Shown: piece by piece, positions 13,101 to 24,600 of the stretch
Layout: every line of letters starts with the position of its first letter
How positions within the stretch are numbered: the first letter of the stretch is position 1
Assembly (NCBI GenBank): GCA_964200185.2
Contig: CAXNAD020000050.1
Location: forward strand, 1-35,577
Direction of reading: 5' to 3'
Source: Choristocarpus tenellus KU-1152
Lineage: Eukaryota; Protista; Phaeophyceae
DNA: 35,577 nucleotides
The notes under the pieces: generated by a model
Seen by the model: only the letters and a program-made list of their open reading frames with translations
Told to the model about the DNA's origin: nothing
Databases searched by the model: none
Made by a program: the position numbers and the translations under genes

Positions 13101-13684
13101 AATGCTTGAGTTGAAGTCCATTACTTGTACCTTCAAAAAACGCAAGCACTGGCGGGGTGGATGGGAGATAGTAAGTCATGACCTACACACAACCAGACCA
13201 AACATCCAATACTGTCGTGATTGGCACCACTCCCCAGGTGCCCATAGACAAGGTCGCCTTTGACTATCGCGTGCTTACACCAGAGGAGACAAAGCAGGCT
13301 GACAAAATAAAGGCAAAGGATGGCGCTTTTTTCCGTGGCCTTTTCATCGAAGGGGCACGGTGGAATGTGGAAAAGCACACAATTGATGAAGCCCGACCTC
13401 GTGAGCTTTTCGTTAGCATGCCGTACATGCACTTACTTCCTCAGGGCAAGGATGACATTAGCAAAGTCACGGGATCTCCTGACCTTTACACAGGACATCC
13501 AGACGGGACTGCACACATGTACATGTGCCCTGTATACAAGACCTCAGTGAGACAAGGGACATTGAGCACAACTGGCCATTCCACCAACTTTGTTATGTTC
13601 ATCACCATACCTATGGCCCAGGAACACTCCCAGAAGCATTGGATCAAGCGTGGTGTGGCAATGCTCACACAGCTGGATAATTGA
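1177..13684 (+). CDS. Axonemal dynein heavy chain, single-headed inner-arm type (DNAH1/3/6/7/12-like); 3' part only (end of AAA4, stalk/MTBD, AAA5, AAA6, C-terminal domain), about 1602 aa visible
   Basis: Exons 1177-1340, 1526-1739, 2058-2285, 2391-2528, 2759-2983, 3179-3394, 3522-3599, 5428-5548, 5719-6053, 6287-6526, 6749-6955, 7150-7335, 8480-9007, 9731-9937, 10081-10299, 10532-10696, 10842-11065, 11995-12460, 12644-12844, 13238-13684 join in frame (4809 nt). Motifs: [99 protein letters not shown]. The 5' exons lie upstream of the window. Confidence 0.97.
1368..1415. repeat. Degenerate AGTACAT-unit tandem repeat in a dynein intron
   Basis: catatagtacagagtacatagtacatgatgtatagtacatagtacatg. 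Confidence 0.6.
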
Positions 13685-15345
13685 GTCCCCTGGAATTGAT
13701 CTGATCATAAAGGCTACTCCACCAAAGGGCAGGGTCAAAGTTGTGCACAACATATTTTACACAGAGTATTTTAGTGAGGACACTTTAAGAACTGATTAGC
13801 TATGATCACATACCCCACTTGTCAATATGATCTCTCTATCAAGTTTACCTTTGCCGGGCAATCAACCACAGGGTCGTTTCACAATTGAGGTCAGGGGGGT
13901 GGAGCTATTTCACGATTTTATTGTACGTACATCATTGGACTATATTTACAAATGTGGTGGGTTTATTCTCACAGTGTTAAATATAATTTACAGTAAAAAA
14001 TATTTTTGCTCAAGGGGTCAGAGACCCTACTAATATCTTTGTTCTAAACTTTTTGAAACATCAGGGTGAGGTGATGTAATATCTCCAAGACATTACAAAT
14101 TGAAATTTTCGATAACTTGCAAGAAAATCAAGAAAAATCAATGCCTGTTTTGTCTGCACCCATTCAACAATATTTGCACCATTACTACTGCCATCCCTCC
14201 AGTATTGACCACCTTGTTTACACACCCCAGCTTCCAAACTATCCATGTGATATATGTAGTTACTGTACAATGATATATATTGTCCAACCCTTAACTATTG
14301 TCCATGGTATCTCACTCATCTCCATGGCTGATGTGCATGAAGATGATGTTATACCGCACAGATACCTCTTCAGTCCTACACTATACTTCTTCAAAGTTGA
14401 GAAAACTTCATTGTTATGTGTGAACTTTTCTCCAAGTTTCATTCTGTGGGTGAACACACAGTTTATATGTGGGAGGAGAACAGGGGAGAGGAATGTCGAA
14501 CAAAGCTATTTGATGGAGAGAGGGCTCAGTGATAAACTACTACTTCTAGGTAGAGTAATGTTCAAAGCATAGGGAAGAGGACCCTCAACAGTGCGCAGTG
14601 CCCCACACTCCAGCGTACAAAATATTCCCTACTTCAAGTACATCCCAACTGGTAGTCAACCACCACAGAAAACAAGAAAATCACAGAGATTTCATATCAC
14701 CATCTCAAAATACTTCAGACACAGCCATAGGTAGGGAAATGCTGTAGTTGCTTGTGTTTTACAAGTGCACAAACTGAAAACATTATTCACTTGTTTGGAC
14801 TGGACTCAAGCAATACCAGCTTGGGCTCGCTTGTAAATGCTGTAAATGGAAATGGATATTGATGCTGCAAATCGGGAGACCTCCCTAACTACCTGTATCA
14901 ACCGTGACAGTATATACAAAAGTTAGAATAAGATGAGATTGGTTGGGGATCACCATCAGGTTTGTTGTTGAAGAGTAAGCCCTGTTGGACGTGTCAACAC
15001 AGCAATCTTTCATGCACAACCCTAGCATGGGTCAAAACGGAAAGGCACCTTCTACACGGTAGATGTTGGGATCTGACAGGCAAACACCACTTGGTACAAC
15101 GTATTGACACCTATGTCATCAATACAACGCCATCCCTCGGTATTTTTTGGGGCAAGTGTACCACACCATCAATGTTATTTAGTGCATCCTCTAAAGCCAA
15201 ATCTCGAAATATTGCGCTTATCACTGTCTGGCACACTCCCAAAAATTATAGTGTTTTGGAGCAACTAGAAAATCCGAATCTGCCCCAGATTCTTACGCCT
15301 ACTCGTTAAGATCCTGTTCTGAATTATGTTTTTGTGGGAAGCAGG

Positions 15346-15394
15346 GTTGTTATATATATTTTTATGCCCTCTGCCATTTTGCAGATGATGTCTG
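15346..15394 (-). repeat. Dispersed repeat, copy 1 (partial)
   Basis: tatatatatttttatgccctctgccattttgcagatgatgtc aligns with tatatatattatgccctctgacattttgcagatgtgtc near 35507-35544. Confidence 0.75.
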
Positions 15395-16700
15395 TTATCA
15401 TGCGGTTATTGTTGCTTAACATATGCCGCCATACCATTGAGGTTCCTACTCAGGAACCCTGGATTCGATTGAAGGATCTTCAATCAGGTAAATTTCATGG
15501 GATTCTTCGAGAGAGATATCCCACAGGTGGACTCTCTCCATTCAGAGATACCAAGAGCTAAGGGATTGTTTTTGGAGTCATCTCCTGTCACTCTGATGAT
15601 CCATTCTCATCACTCCTCACTCTCACACTTGTCCTTATTATCGAACCTTAGTCTGTCCTCTTAGTTACTGTTCGTCTTGGTCTATCTGTCTCGCCCAGCA
15701 ATTCTCTTTGCCACCCTTGTCTGAGTGAACCACACTGCCACATCAAACAATCCATATTGCCATCAGATATAGGGTGAGAGTCACAGCTTCAACCTACATT
15801 AAAGATCATGCATAATTCTGAAGTCAGACGACCCTCTCAGCAGCAAGAGCACCAAGCTGCTCCTCTAGCAGAACTTGACCACTAAGATGGAGATGAACAC
15901 AAAACTGGCAACAGCAGAGACATCCAGACCATGGGTTCACCCACCAACAACAGACCAGAGTCCTGTGTTAAAAAATGGGTTACTCATTCGATTTGTTCTT
16001 GATGCGATACAGTATTACCAGGTCATCATGTTGATTATTGATTTGTCCATTGTACTGGTCGTTACTTCCACTTACATCACAAACTCATCATGACAACATC
16101 ATCAATCCCTTTCAGAACATCACAAGTACGTAAGGAAGCATACAGACATAATATGTGTCTCATGAGTTCTGTTAAATATTGCTTCAAGTTTGTCTCCTTA
16201 ATTCTTTGTTCCTTTTCTTTTTCTTTTTCGCATCAGAAGTCTGTAGTTACACATCATGTGTTTATTATTATTCTTGTTTGACATTGCTCCCTCGAAATAC
16301 ATCATGCTGGTAGGCAACCGGAAAGTTTTCTGGATGAGCTAGCTCCGCACGTGGTAGGGGGGAGAGGGGCAGGAGCCTAGGCTGTCAAATCCCGTCTACA
16401 ACAGATAGTCTCTTATCACAACAGAAGTAGCCCTATCTAGACGTGTCATGCGTTTTAAGCTGGAGACACCAGGGAGAAGGGCAAGGAGGGGCTTGCTATA
16501 TTCTTGGGGTGGTTCCCTTGCTCCTCGCCCTGAAAAATCCCTTAAGAAGTAAACTATGGTTCCTCACCCTGGAGTGCAGGACTAAGCTAGGATGGAGGCA
16601 CAGGAAGGCAGTGGTGCAACATAACTGTTACTAAAATAGTGAATTGATAAATGTCTTTCACATTTAAGACAACTGTTTCTTTTTTAGGGGTCTTTCTGAG

Positions 16701-16778
16701 ATGTGAATAGTTTTCATTGGTTTTTCGGTTGACATCTCCAACATCTCAGAGGGCATAATAATAAAATATAATGACAAC
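16701..16778 (+). repeat. Dispersed repeat, copy 2, upstream of the small two-exon gene
   Basis: atagttttcattggttttt...gacatctccaacatctcagagggcataata matches the reverse complement of the window's right end (atagttttcattggttttc...gacacatctgcaaaatgtcagagggcataata). Confidence 0.75.
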
Positions 16779-16968
16779 ATCATGTTACGTTTTTTACAAG
16801 CATTACTAAGTCACTCTAAATGTTTTCATAGTGTTATGCATGGAACAACTAGATATTGTTACGTATATCTATACGAGTACGTATGGTCCTTGTGATAGTG
16901 TGGGAGTTGTTGTACAACAGGTATACACCACAAGAGGATTGCCACATTTGCATGTTTGGAGCAGAGTC

Positions 16969-17507
16969 ATGCTCATTCAAACATCATGGACGATAGTCCC
17001 AGCGCTAGTACCATCGTTCCCACTGTGGGGAGGTAGCATCTGGTTGCCAGAATGCGCTTACCGTCGAAGGTTGACCGGAGTCTGTCCTGTAGTAAGGCAT
17101 GTCTTCGACGAAATTCAAGAAGGTGAAGCCAAGATCGTTGCTGAGGAATCTCGAAGAGAGGAAGCAGACGAATATTATGACGCCAAGGACGATGAAGAAC
17201 TTGAAACGCTTCTAGAGAGCTTGAATCTTGGCAGCCTTGGTAATTCTCTAGACAAGGACGCAAAAGGGAATAATACCGCAATGGACGAGGTGAGGTTAAC
17301 CATACATACTATTGATCAATTGCGATTTTGAGATACCTCACTGTAATGCTGAGTTTTCTCGTCCTCCTCATGTTCTGCGCTTGCTAGTCACCGTCTCTTT
17401 TCTACCAATCACAGGTCAAAATAATCAACGCCCTACGGAAAAAGTTGGGTGAGGAGGACTTCAATCGCATATTTGACTCAGGCAACTGGATTATTGGGGA
17501 GTTGTGA
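16969..17507 (+). CDS. Small acidic hypothetical protein, two exons, possibly plastid-targeted; start codon uncertain
   Basis: Exon 1 ~16969-17289 (GAG|gtgagg) and exon 2 17415-17507 (acag|GTC) join in frame: MLIQTSWTIVPALVPSFP...EEADEYYDAKDDEELETLLESL...AMDE|VKIINALRKKLGEEDFNRIFDSGNWIIGEL*. The frame is open upstream to 16831, so an earlier start is possible. Confidence 0.75.
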
Positions 17508-17647
17508 AAATTTGGATAAGCCAGAAGTTGGGATATCCTAATCGTTCATTTACTTGACGAGGCAATATGCTCACATCTTACGCGTGGTGGAAGTCTGCGT
17601 GTCAGATGGCGTATACGCTTGTTAGAACTATGATGTACATATACAGG

Positions 17648-17749
17648 TTATCCCAATGTGGAAAGATACTTTGACTTTGGTCCCTGACCTCGGTGGTGGA
17701 GGCAATTGGCGCCGTCAATACTACTGGTGCTAATTCCCAGGTCCGTGAT
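17648..17749 (-). CDS. Candidate terminal coding exon of CSN3
   Basis: gacag|ATC acceptor in phase 0 gives ITDLGISTSSIDGANCLHHRGQGPKSKYLSTLG*. Its phase fits the donor after ...PQYIQK at 21688 and it ends 140 bp from the convergent gene's stop. No conserved motif supports it. Confidence 0.4.
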   Translation of the reverse strand: MTDLGISTSSIDGANCLHHRGQGPKSKYLSTLG

Positions 17750-19675
17750 CTGTCATCTACTTCTCTGTTTCACATTTTAGGATTATCTCTGAGTACATAA
17801 TGCAACTTTGCATTTCTCACTCACAGTGGGCACATGTTTTCATAGTATTCCTCACATGCGCAGTTGAAAGACTTGAATATTACCAATACTCTATATACCT
17901 GATGTCATTATTTGATACTACAAACGTGTGATGTGGGTGAAGGCCTGAGTGGGAACTTGTGAAACAGGTGACACCATACGCCCCATGTTAATGTCTGGGA
18001 GAGACATGAGAATTTGCCACTCTGGGTACAGGATCTCAATTTGGACTAAAAGAGCTGCAGATTTTCACAGTAACAATGTTTTTTGTGATGTTGATTCACC
18101 ATATATATACCATGCACAGTGCAACAAACAATACACACCTAGGGATTACTGTACTACCTTTCATGGGGCGCAACGTAAAGTGAAGGGCAGTGGTGAGATG
18201 TGATGGGTATCATATTTTGATTTGGAATCCTATGTGGATAGAAGCCAAAATACTCTAAACCTGTTCACCCAGTGGTATGTACAACATACCAGAGGGTTAA
18301 ACAACAGTGGAAAGATGCAAACTTGCAAATCCCTAAGTATAACTTTGTGAGGCAACAGGTTTCATTCTACTGCATCTTGCCCTGGCCTAGATGGAGTCCT
18401 TTCGTACTTGCCACAAAGTCCTCGTCAGAACAAGCACATTACACCCTTCAGTGGTATTTGGGTGGCATGTTGCATCCAGCCTGATGTCAACTTTCTATAA
18501 TGTCCAGAATTTCAGCCTCTAACTCCACATAGCAAAGATAGAGCAAAGCCAACAAAGATAAGCAATCCCATATCTGCTTCCATATAGTACCTAACAAAAA
18601 AAACTAATAGGGTCATTAACCCAAGTGGTCTATGTCCTTACTAAATTCTTCCAAGATGTCATTTTCCCATGCAGTGTGTCCAGGTCCTTGCAAGGAGTGG
18701 TCACCTGTGATCTGCCAGGAGAGGAAAAGGGTTATGTAAGGGATGTGATTAGGTACGGTACAGGTGGAGAAAGTGAGTCTCAAGTTGGAAGGAAAGCAGC
18801 ATTACCCTACCACATACACATTGAACATAATAATAGTGGTGTCCTCTCCAGATGTGGAACTGATATGATCTTACAGATAATAAAAAGGGGGCAACGAGTG
18901 GATGCACTAACTTTTAGCATTGGAGACAGGGTGTTACTTCAATAGAGTGAAGGAAAAAAACAGGTAAATCAGTCACAACTTTCAAGGAAGGAGGTGTTCC
19001 CACCTTTACATGATGTGATCACATGCTGAGTTGTAGGGGGATACATAGGAACTCCACATACTGGTACCGGACATGTTGTGATACAGTGAAGTTGACTAGA
19101 TCTTGTAGTGAAATCAAATGGTCAGATGATACTCGGCTGAGGTTGAAGGGTCAAAGCTGGTGGTGCCACTTAATCCAGGTGGTGATGCACAAGATGTTGA
19201 TAACACTGGAATTGTACATTATTGCCTTAACAACATGAAATTTGATCTTTGAGTACATGGTCAATACACTGTAACCAGTACACTTCCATGTAAGTACTTC
19301 CTCCCTGGTGTCTAATCAAGAATCGGGATATGAATCAACGCAATGAAGCTGGGAAAATGCACCCCGTGCATGTACACTAGTATTTCCATACCTACAAGTA
19401 TGCCTCGAGCCCCTGGAGACTTTTGGGGTGAGTACCTACATCGTGAGATTGACACCGATCCATCTGCCGGGTATGCCCTCCCGCATGAGGATGACAGTGA
19501 AGAGGGCAGACGGGGAGATGAAAATTAGGCAAAGAAATCAGAGCCCACTGTTGAGGTCACCACCAAGAAATAGTGCTGAGGAGTTGACAAAACTCAAACC
19601 TCAAGGACCTCAGGGCTCCCATTTTGGAGGTGATTACTGTGCTTAGACAAGAGAAAAAGTTGATACACTTCAACA

Positions 19676-19704
19676 ACCACTTTGACACTACCACTTTGAC
19701 ACTA
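19676..19704. repeat. 14-bp tandem duplication
   Basis: accactttgacact x2. Confidence 0.7.
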
Positions 19705-19771
19705 GGAAGAATATCGAGTGTCGCTCTGAGGATTTGTGCAGGCAGTCAAAGGTTTAAAGTGGAAGTGGGTA

Positions 19772-20405
19772 CTGGCTGTATGTCTTGAATCCAGGTTGAA
19801 GATATTGTACAGCATTCCAACCAATGAGCATGTAATAGAATTTGGACACACGTGGAATTGGAAGTTGTACATCTAGATGCATCCTGGAGAGGTGAAGCGG
19901 ACAAAAAGCAGAATAAGGTAAAGGACAGCTAGCATGGTGCAGCACCCACTCACACACTGCCTGCAATAGCCCTGCCCAAAAGGGAGAAGAGGGGTTCACT
20001 AAAGCTTTCCTTGCAGTGAGTGGTGGGCATTCTATTGGTAGGGTGGTGGAAGTGACGTCAGGGGGCATATGCAGCAGGCAGCATGAGTGTAGGTTGATTC
20101 CTTCCGAAGGGTCAAAGGTCTTACAATGGTTGATGAGAGTGATTACAATGGTTGATGAGAGAGAAGGCTTCAACAACCCATAACCCTAACCCTCCCTCAA
20201 GTGATGGTGGGAAAGAAGTACTGACTTTCTGAAATTGGTCAAACCCACTCGCTATGTTTTGGCCATTCCTGCAACAAAGGAAAACCCAGAGCACATGTTC
20301 TCCACATCTGAGAATATTGGAACAACCACATGAAAAAGGTGGACCCTGAGAATATGCTGTTCCCCGCCTTCCTTTGCAACACCTGGCTAAAGGTGTACAC
20401 ATGGC
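19772..20405 (+). mobile_element. Decayed hAT-superfamily transposase fragment including the C-terminal dimerisation domain
   Basis: Across stops and frameshifts it reads LAVCLESRLK (like A-x-x-LDPRFK) at 19772, then WW...DFLKLVKPTRYVLAIPATKENPEHMFSTSENI...DPENMLFPAFLCNTW at ~20205-20390, matching the hAT pattern WW...FPxL...LAIPATS...ERxFS...PE. Confidence 0.75.
20121..20161. repeat. Direct duplication with 22-bp period inside the hAT remnant
   Basis: ttacaatggttgatgagag-tga-ttacaatggttgatgagag. Confidence 0.8.
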
Positions 20406-21315
20406 AAGCTGCCAAGGATAGCAAACATGCAGCCTCCAACTGAAGCCCACAGTTCTGTCATGGCAGCAGTATGTAGCCATAAAAAGTTAAAAAAAATATT
20501 TCTTTTCCACAAATATTAAACCCTTTTGAGTAAAATATAAGTCAAAAGTCTGCCTCAGGTACAGCAGGGCGGTGTGTCCGGTAGTGAGTAAAGAGCAAAC
20601 AATGAAGTGCCATGAAAAAAAGCTGCCTGTAGTGGGGCCTCTCACCAGATTGGATTATTTTTTTTGTAGAGGCACTTTGTGTACCTCACACCATGCACCG
20701 TGTGTAAACAATATTCATTCAGTCGAGTCCATGAACCGTTTTCAACCCAAAAAATCTGAACTCCTACATCCTTTTCAATCACAACCCTACCAGTTTGAGT
20801 TTGAAGGGATAGTTCCAAATTTTGACACTGCCTTTGTGACTACAATTATTGGGATTGTAGACCCAAAGAGTGTTTGGTTTTCAAGGTCACTCATATTTTT
20901 ACCCACTGCATTTTTGATTGTGTAGGTCTAATTTCCGTGAAGGCTGAGTTTCTCATATTTTCAAAAAGCGGGAGAACAATTGGGAGGAAACATTAAAAGG
21001 AGCAATTAATACAGGTCCTGTTCAATTTCTTACTTCTCATATTTTTAAGCATCAACCATTAGAACTATAAAAGAACATATTCCCCAGTTGTATCTTTTGC
21101 AAATTCAAGGTAAAACGATCTTTCTCAACACGTAAGACCTTAAACTTGGGCAGCTTCAGAGCTCCTCACCCAGATGTGCTGCAGTGAGCTCTTGAGAGCT
21201 CTGGGTCACTCAGATTGCACTACTGAGCAATGTGAACTCAATAGCTTAACCACTTGATCTAGATATGTTGCAAGGCAGATTTATTCATATCACGAGAAGT
21301 TAAAAACCTCTTAAA

Positions 21316-21347
<32 letters not shown>
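21316..21347. repeat. (CACTCT)5 microsatellite
   Basis: cactctcactctcactctcactctcactctca. Confidence 0.9.
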
Positions 21348-21687
21348 AGTGTTGGTATGTGTTGGTATGATGCTGTGATTCACTCTAGAAGTGACATTTG
21401 GGAACTTGAGAGCGTTGTGTGGGGACAACCTCAAGATGAGTACGAGGAACAGTAACACAAATGACAACCATGTTGATCACAAAACAACAAGGGCACACCC
21501 ATTTGTTTCACTTGAATCAATCAAGATATGCTTCTTGAGAAGGAAGGGCGCAAGGTTGGTCTAAATTGACTGCACAATCCATACAGATAACTTACCATGC
21601 TAAAACTAATAAAATGCCAAAAGCTAGGCTCAAAGATAGGAAGAAAACAAAAATGGTGCATCTGCAGCACCTGCTCCTTACACCCAC

Positions 21688-24600
21688 CTTTTGTATGTAT
21701 TGTGGATTCACAGCCAATTGTGTCTCCAGTTTCCGAACCCTCTCAGTGAGCTGCACTGTTGCACCCAAGTCTTGCTCCAGGCGCGCTAGCATGTCTGCTG
21801 GTGTCACCTCATTGCAATCTTCCTCAAAGTGTACAGTTCCTGGAGGGTCCTCAATCTTTGCACTGATCTCCCCAGATTCCACCATGCGGAGAATGTAATT
21901 TTCGGCCAATCTGGAATTCTCTAAACCCACAGAGACTGCAATATCTGCAATAGGGAGAGCACCTTACTCAATGAGCACACCACCAAGATGATGAACATGG
22001 GTCGGTGCTCTTAGTGCAAAAAGAAACAGCTACCTCCTACTTGTAGTGAGGATGGCACATGGTGCCTGCTCACCTTCCAGAGAGAGGGTGATGTATGTGT
22101 GCGTCAACTGCATGATCTTGCACTTTGTCAGAGCATGCACTACTTGCTTAACCAGCCCAGTGTTTTGATCCTGCATCAATAGTTCAGTGCATGCTAGTTA
22201 GTACAGAGTTTACCTACTCAGACTCAGCTAGGGTAACACCATTTATAACACATGCTACTTCAAAAGTAGGACGCAAGCAGGTTCCACCACTGTTTTCAAA
22301 AGGCAAAGATCCTTTCCAAGCTCAAAGCATATTCAATCAATACTATCTGTGAGTGAACATTCATCTCTGGATCAGTTCGACCAAAAGACAGTGAATGCCC
22401 ATAGTTTCTGTGGGCCGAGTGCAATATATTGATATGGATGAAGGTGTGTAGCATTTAATGACCAATGCCCCATGAGCTTTTGATTGTACAAGTAGACACC
22501 GCAAGGGCAACTACATATTGAATCAATATCTGCATGTACAAGTTTACTTTTTGACTACATCCATGATCTCGGTATGAAGATGCTTAAAATAATGATGAAG
22601 TCTTGTTTACGCACTACATTTGGATTATTTGGATTCTCACTTCCTTTTCAGAGCTGAACATGAAACCTCAACGACATTTTTTCCACACATAAGAACAATC
22701 TCATACAAGAAAAGAAACAATGACCTCTACTTTCCAGTACATTTGTGACACTCAAAAATGTGTCCCCAAACTGAATGCTGAAATGTAAAGTGAAGCAAAC
22801 ATGGAATAAACATACATCATCAAAAGATCGTGTAAGGCAGGCCTCCATCTCAATTTCAGTCCCAAATTAGATCAATTGGAATGGGAAAATTCAATACAGA
22901 AATGGCAGTGATGCTCTTACCAGGCTGGTCCGGTTTAGAACCATATGAGAAATTAACAAAAACTTTCCAACTGTAATTTTCATTTGAAAAAAATGTAAGA
23001 CAGGTTCATTCAGTCTTGAGTTGCAAAGGGTTGCAAAATCCTAGTGTTATTTCTTACATCAAATACAATGAGATTGTGACTTCTTTTTTTAAACAGAAAA
23101 CTATAAAAAGAATTGCTTAAAAAATGAAAGTGAGTATTTCAAAGCGCTTCTGGGAGGTATCTTACTGTAGAAGGAATGGGTTACTAATGTTTATTCAAAA
23201 GAGAGTTAAAATTTGTGAATGAAAAAAAACAAAATGTTTCTAGTGACAGATCATCATTTGATCCCAATAGCTTTTGAAAGCATACAAATTCCAAGTCATT
23301 TGATGCTTGATAAGAGCTGCCCTAACTCAAGACATCATTCTTGGCCACCAGAGGTGCTTACAGAGCTACGTCAAAACATGAGCTTTGAGATAGTATAAAA
23401 TTGAAGGGTACTTGTCAACTCATGTCTAGACAAAAAGGTGTGTACCCCTACCAGAAGAATATCAGGTAACACGCAAAAAAAATTATGGAGCTTCCCAAAA
23501 CACCAGGACCACCCACATTCTCTAGTACGATTTTTCATCCACCTGGTTCTTAGGAAATATTATCAAACATAATCTTGACCTTATTGGATACCCAAGATTG
23601 TGAAACCTGTTCGTAAGCTCAAATATTGAAAGGGACCAACCACATCAGGTGTCTCTTAACTCTCAGGCGACAATGTGTCACATGATATTTTACAGGGCAG
23701 TCTTGAGACTTGTATGTCTCCGTTGATCCACTTCAACCAGCAGGACTCTAGGCAGTACACACAAGATTGCACTCCAGGAATTTCCAAGTCATGGTGAACA
23801 AAGTTATTGTACCAAAAAAGATTATATTTGAAAGTAGTTTGCTCAGCAATGATACTGACTTAGATGTAATATACCACAGCAAAAAACACCCCTGTTTAAT
23901 AGAAAATACATCACCATATTTGCCACAGCATATCCGCTCTCCTTTCATGTATGATGTGAACATAGCCACCATAAATAAAAATATATATTTCTTTCCAACT
24001 TTCATGACTTAGGAGTGATGACGGGTGATGACGCAGGTACATAGTTTTAACCCTCACAAAGCTAATAAGGTACTACCTGGAACAACCAACTGTAAAAGTC
24101 TAGGCTCACACAATTAATAGGTGTAGTATTAATAACTCAATACAAAAGATGGAATCCGACAATTGCCTTGAATCATGAGAAGCATATCAGAGCAAGGACA
24201 TAGTATAACTAAACATGTAGTCCAAGCAGATTACATGGGGGTTGTCCTCATGGGGGATCTTCCTCCCTTTTAATCAAAATGCTTCAAACCTTGCGACATC
24301 ATTTGTGTAACCGACCATACTTATTCTGTCCATAAGCCCTATGAAGTCAGAGAAGTACACACAAACAACTCAAATTTTGCCTGATATCTTGAATCAATTA
24401 AGTTGCATGTGTATAGATGGGATTATGGCAAGTCCCATGACCACCAAGTGCAAAAACTTCATGATTGTACATAGCTCACCTCCGTGAAGACATCTGCTCC
24501 ACTGCAAACTGCCTCCCTAAGCTCCTCCATATTCCCTGCCTGTCAGCATTTATACAGGATCATCAAAAACATCACAGTGTTCATTGCAGAATTAATTGCC

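Noticed and set aside
14117-14572. 151-aa plus-strand ORF
   Set aside because: Non-ATG start, no motifs, composition like non-coding DNA.
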